Below, one piece after another: positions 60,781-64,000 of a DNA stretch of 64,000 nt (positions are counted from its first letter, which is position 1; the number at the start of each line of letters is the position of its first letter). The notes under the pieces are model-generated. The model had not been told where the DNA came from, searched no databases, and saw only the letters and a list, made by a program, of their open reading frames with translations. The stretch spans positions 15,037,873-15,101,872 of the forward strand of contig NC_083409.1 in assembly GCF_020745735.1 (NCBI RefSeq), written 5' to 3'. The stretch comes from Hemiscyllium ocellatum (Eukaryota). The position numbers and the translations under genes are program-made.

Positions 60781-62829
60781 CAGCAATTGCAGCAATATGA
60801 TATTCCCACATGCTGGTCAATGCTCTCAGTTCAACCTCCTTACTCGTCAAGCTCCTAACATTAAAATAGATACAGTTCAGCTTTCTGGTCCTCCTGTGTT
60901 CTGGATCCTGTCCTAGTGGTTACCCAGTGGTTTTCTGTGTCGCCCTTCCTCTCCCATGAAGGGAAACATCCAGCATTTCCCCTGTCAAGCCCCTTAAGAA
61001 TTTGATACATTTCGATGAGATTCCCTCTCATTCTTCTAAACTCCAGGGATCAGATTCCAAACCTGTTTGACCTTTGCTCATAAGACAATCGCTCCATACC
61101 AGGAATCAGTCAAGCGAACTATCTCAGAACTACATCCAATGCAGGTCCTGTCCTTTCTTCAATAAGGAGCCTGATGCTGGACACCATATTCCAGATGTGC
61201 TCTCACCTAGCTCCTAACCCTAACAACAGTAGTAAAACGTCCCTGCTTTTAGATTGCATTCCCTTTACAAGGAGCACCAACACTCCATCTGCCTCCGGAT
61301 TCACTTGCTGTAGCTGTGTACTAGCTTTGTGATTCATGTCCCCCACATTACACTCCATCTGCCCAATATTTCTCCAAAGCCCAACTGTATCTAATATTCA
61401 GCAGGATGGACCCCTTCACTGGGAAATAGTCATTTGTAACAATGCTCTGGTTTGGGCTTTGCTGTCTGTACAAACCACCTGTAATGTCTTTGCTGCAATG
61501 GTTCACATTTACACCATCAAACTCACACTCCAAACATCCCGTCATTATTCTCCGTGGCTGAAGAATATGGCTCTGGCTGATCCTTTCCCTGCAGCAAGGG
61601 ACCGAGTGGAATGTCATCATTAGGATTGTTATTTGAGTGGAGCAGGTCCACTCCGGATCTGTATCTCAGGTTTGGGAATGCGCCAGGATGCTAGATCAGA
61701 GGATGGAGTCTCCTCCAGAACTGGGAAAATGTAACAATGAGAATCCAATCAGACAGAGCCTTGTCAGGGAGGGAGGGAGGGGGATGTCGGTGGTGGGCAC
61801 TGTTAACCAGCTCATGGTGTCCAAGAGGCCAAGTGGGCAGTTTCTGGTTAGAAATTGAAGCTTCTGCAGCTTCCCCTGGCTTCCAGCTCCATCATTAAAT
61901 CAAGAGCAGTTTCAACAGAGGAACCCCATATCTTAGCAGCACACACTGACACCATCATCAGAACAGAAAGAATAGGGACACAGGAGGCCATTCAGCCACT
62001 CCAGCCTGCTCCACTAAACCCCAGGGAATAGTGTCCCAATTGACTCCATTTGGCCTCATCAGAGAATCCCCTTATGCCAGGAATCAACTTCACGAATCTT
62101 TGCTGCACTCCTTCCAGGTAGAGTCTGGGTGAGTCTATCCTTCCATCGGGAAGGAAATCAAAACTGGACCCAGTGCTGCAGGTGCGGCCTCACCAAGGTC
62201 TGACATAATTGGAATAAGACTCCTTCCCTCAGACATGGACAACAGCTTGCTCCCAATAATTGGCTCCCTCTCCGTCTCTATCTCTCTCTTTCTCTCTCTC
62301 TTTGCCTCTCTCTCTCTCTCTCTCCTCCTTTCCCTCTCTTTGTCTTTGCATCACCCCATCTCTCCCTCTCTCTCAGTCTCGATGCTGGCTTCTAACTCTG
62401 AAAGGGTTCTCTGGTGGTCAGTGTTTAATAGAAGGTGCTGTGTGTCAGTATATTTTCGATGCTGTAGGGTTTATGAGCATGGGGGGAGGGGATTCAGGCT
62501 CCGTTCTTTGATGTCAGGCAGTGATGGCTGTCCCAGTGGGTCAGACTGTGATGCTGCTGTTTGCTGGCACTGATACTGTGATATGGATTGCAATGTCACT
62601 CAGTGTGACAGGAGGTTACATGGCTTGATCAGTGGTGAGGGAGGAGCAGACTGAACAAGGAGCTGCAATCATCAGTCACTGCTGAAACCCTTCACACAGC
62701 CCTCACCGTCCAGAAACTTCTTCACCAAAGATTCTTTCAGCTCCTTCATGACAGCCCTGGAGTTGAAAATGTAAACAGAGGAAGACATCTGTTCAAGATG
62801 CTCCTGGACACAATGTTGCCCACTAATAT

Positions 62830-64000
62830 GTGCAAAATCATGTCTCACAAACTTGATTGAGTGTTTTGAAGAAGTAACAAAGAGGATTGATGAGGACAGA
62901 GTGTCAGATGGGATCTATGTGGATTTCAGTAAGGCATTCAACAAGGTTCCACGTGGGAGACTGGTTAGCAAGGTTATGTCTTATGGAATACAGGGAGAAC
63001 TAGCCACTTGTATCCAGAACTTTCTGAAAAGTAGAAGACAGCGGAGGTTGGTGGAGGGATGGTTTTCAGACTGGAGGCCTGTGACCAGTGGAGTGCCACA
63101 AGGGTTGGTGCTGAATCCACTACTTTTCATCATTTATATAAATGATTTGGGTGTGAACATAGGAGATATAGTTAGTAAGTTTAAAGATGACTCCAAAATT
63201 GGTGGTGTAGTGGACAGCGAAGAAGGTTTCCTCAGATAACAATGGGATCTTGATCAAAAGGTCAAATGAGCTGAAGTGTAGCAGATGGAGTCTAATTTAG
63301 ATAAATGCGACATGCTTCATTTTAGCTAAGTAACTCTTAGCAGGATGTATGTACTTAATGGTCATGTCCCAAAGAGTGTTGCTGAACAAATACACCTTGG
63401 AGTGCAGTTTCGTAGCTCCTTGAAAGTAGAGTCGCAGGTAGATAGGATAGTGAAGAAGGCATTTGGTATGTTTTCTTTATTGGTCAGAATACTGAGTACA
63501 GGAGTTGGGAGGTCATGTTGCGGCTGTACAGGACATTGGATAGACCACTTTTGGACAATTGTGCACAACTCCAGTCTCCATCATATCGGAAGAATGTTGT
63601 GAATCTTGAAAGGGTTCAGAAAATATTTACAAGAATGTTGCCAGGGTTGGCGGATTTGTGCTATAGGTAGAAGTTGAATAGGTTGGGGCTGTTTTCGCTG
63701 GACCATCAGAAGCTAAGGGGTGACCTTATAGAGGTTTATAAAAGTATGAGGGGCATGGATAGGATAAAGAGATAAGGTCTTTTCCCTGGGGTTGGGGAGT
63801 CCAAAACTAGAGGGCAAAGGTTTCGGGTGAGAGGGGAAAAATATAAAAGAGACTTGAGGGGGCCACTGTTTCACGCAGAGGGTGGTGTGTGTGTGTGAAA
63901 TGGGCTGCCAGAGGAAGTGGTGGAGGCTAGTACAATTACAACATTTAAAATGCATCTGGACAGGTACGTGAATAGGAAGGGTTTTGATGGACATGGGCCG
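62830..64000 (+). mobile_element. CR1 RT 3' portion
   Basis: [42 protein letters not shown]. Confidence 0.92.

Overview
Repeat-rich cartilaginous-fish (shark) genomic DNA; the carpet-shark-like assignment is inferred from HE1/Deu SINEs, CR1 and Penelope families and an NS4-type light chain. The only intact host gene is a complete immunoglobulin kappa (NS4/type III) light-chain gene on the minus strand: leader exon 47770-47722, an already joined in-frame VJ exon 47535-47209 with no RSS, a 10.6-kb intron, C exon 36585-36257 and polyA signal 35773-35768. The 3' flank of this gene (about 24.2-31.0 kb) is duplicated in inverted orientation at about 3.2-18.4 kb. Both arms keep a strong CTCF motif (6743-6757 and 27969-27983, back-to-back) and a highly conserved E-box-containing block, which suggests an enhancer/insulator module between tail-to-tail Ig clusters. 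The spacer between the arms holds an inverted, truncated C-kappa/3'UTR copy and a second retroviral RT relic. A full-length defective epsilon-like endogenous retrovirus (6917-15270; CCTA TSD, tRNA-Trp-like PBS, 2H-phosphoesterase-like domain in pol, env with only two stops) is inserted 160 bp from the left CTCF site. The rest is CR1, Tx1-like and Penelope-like elements (several with minimal hammerhead ribozyme motifs and foldback insertions), SINEs, minisatellites and an orphan RABGAP1/RABGAP1L-like exon. All alignments and counts were done by eye, and TE boundaries are approximate.
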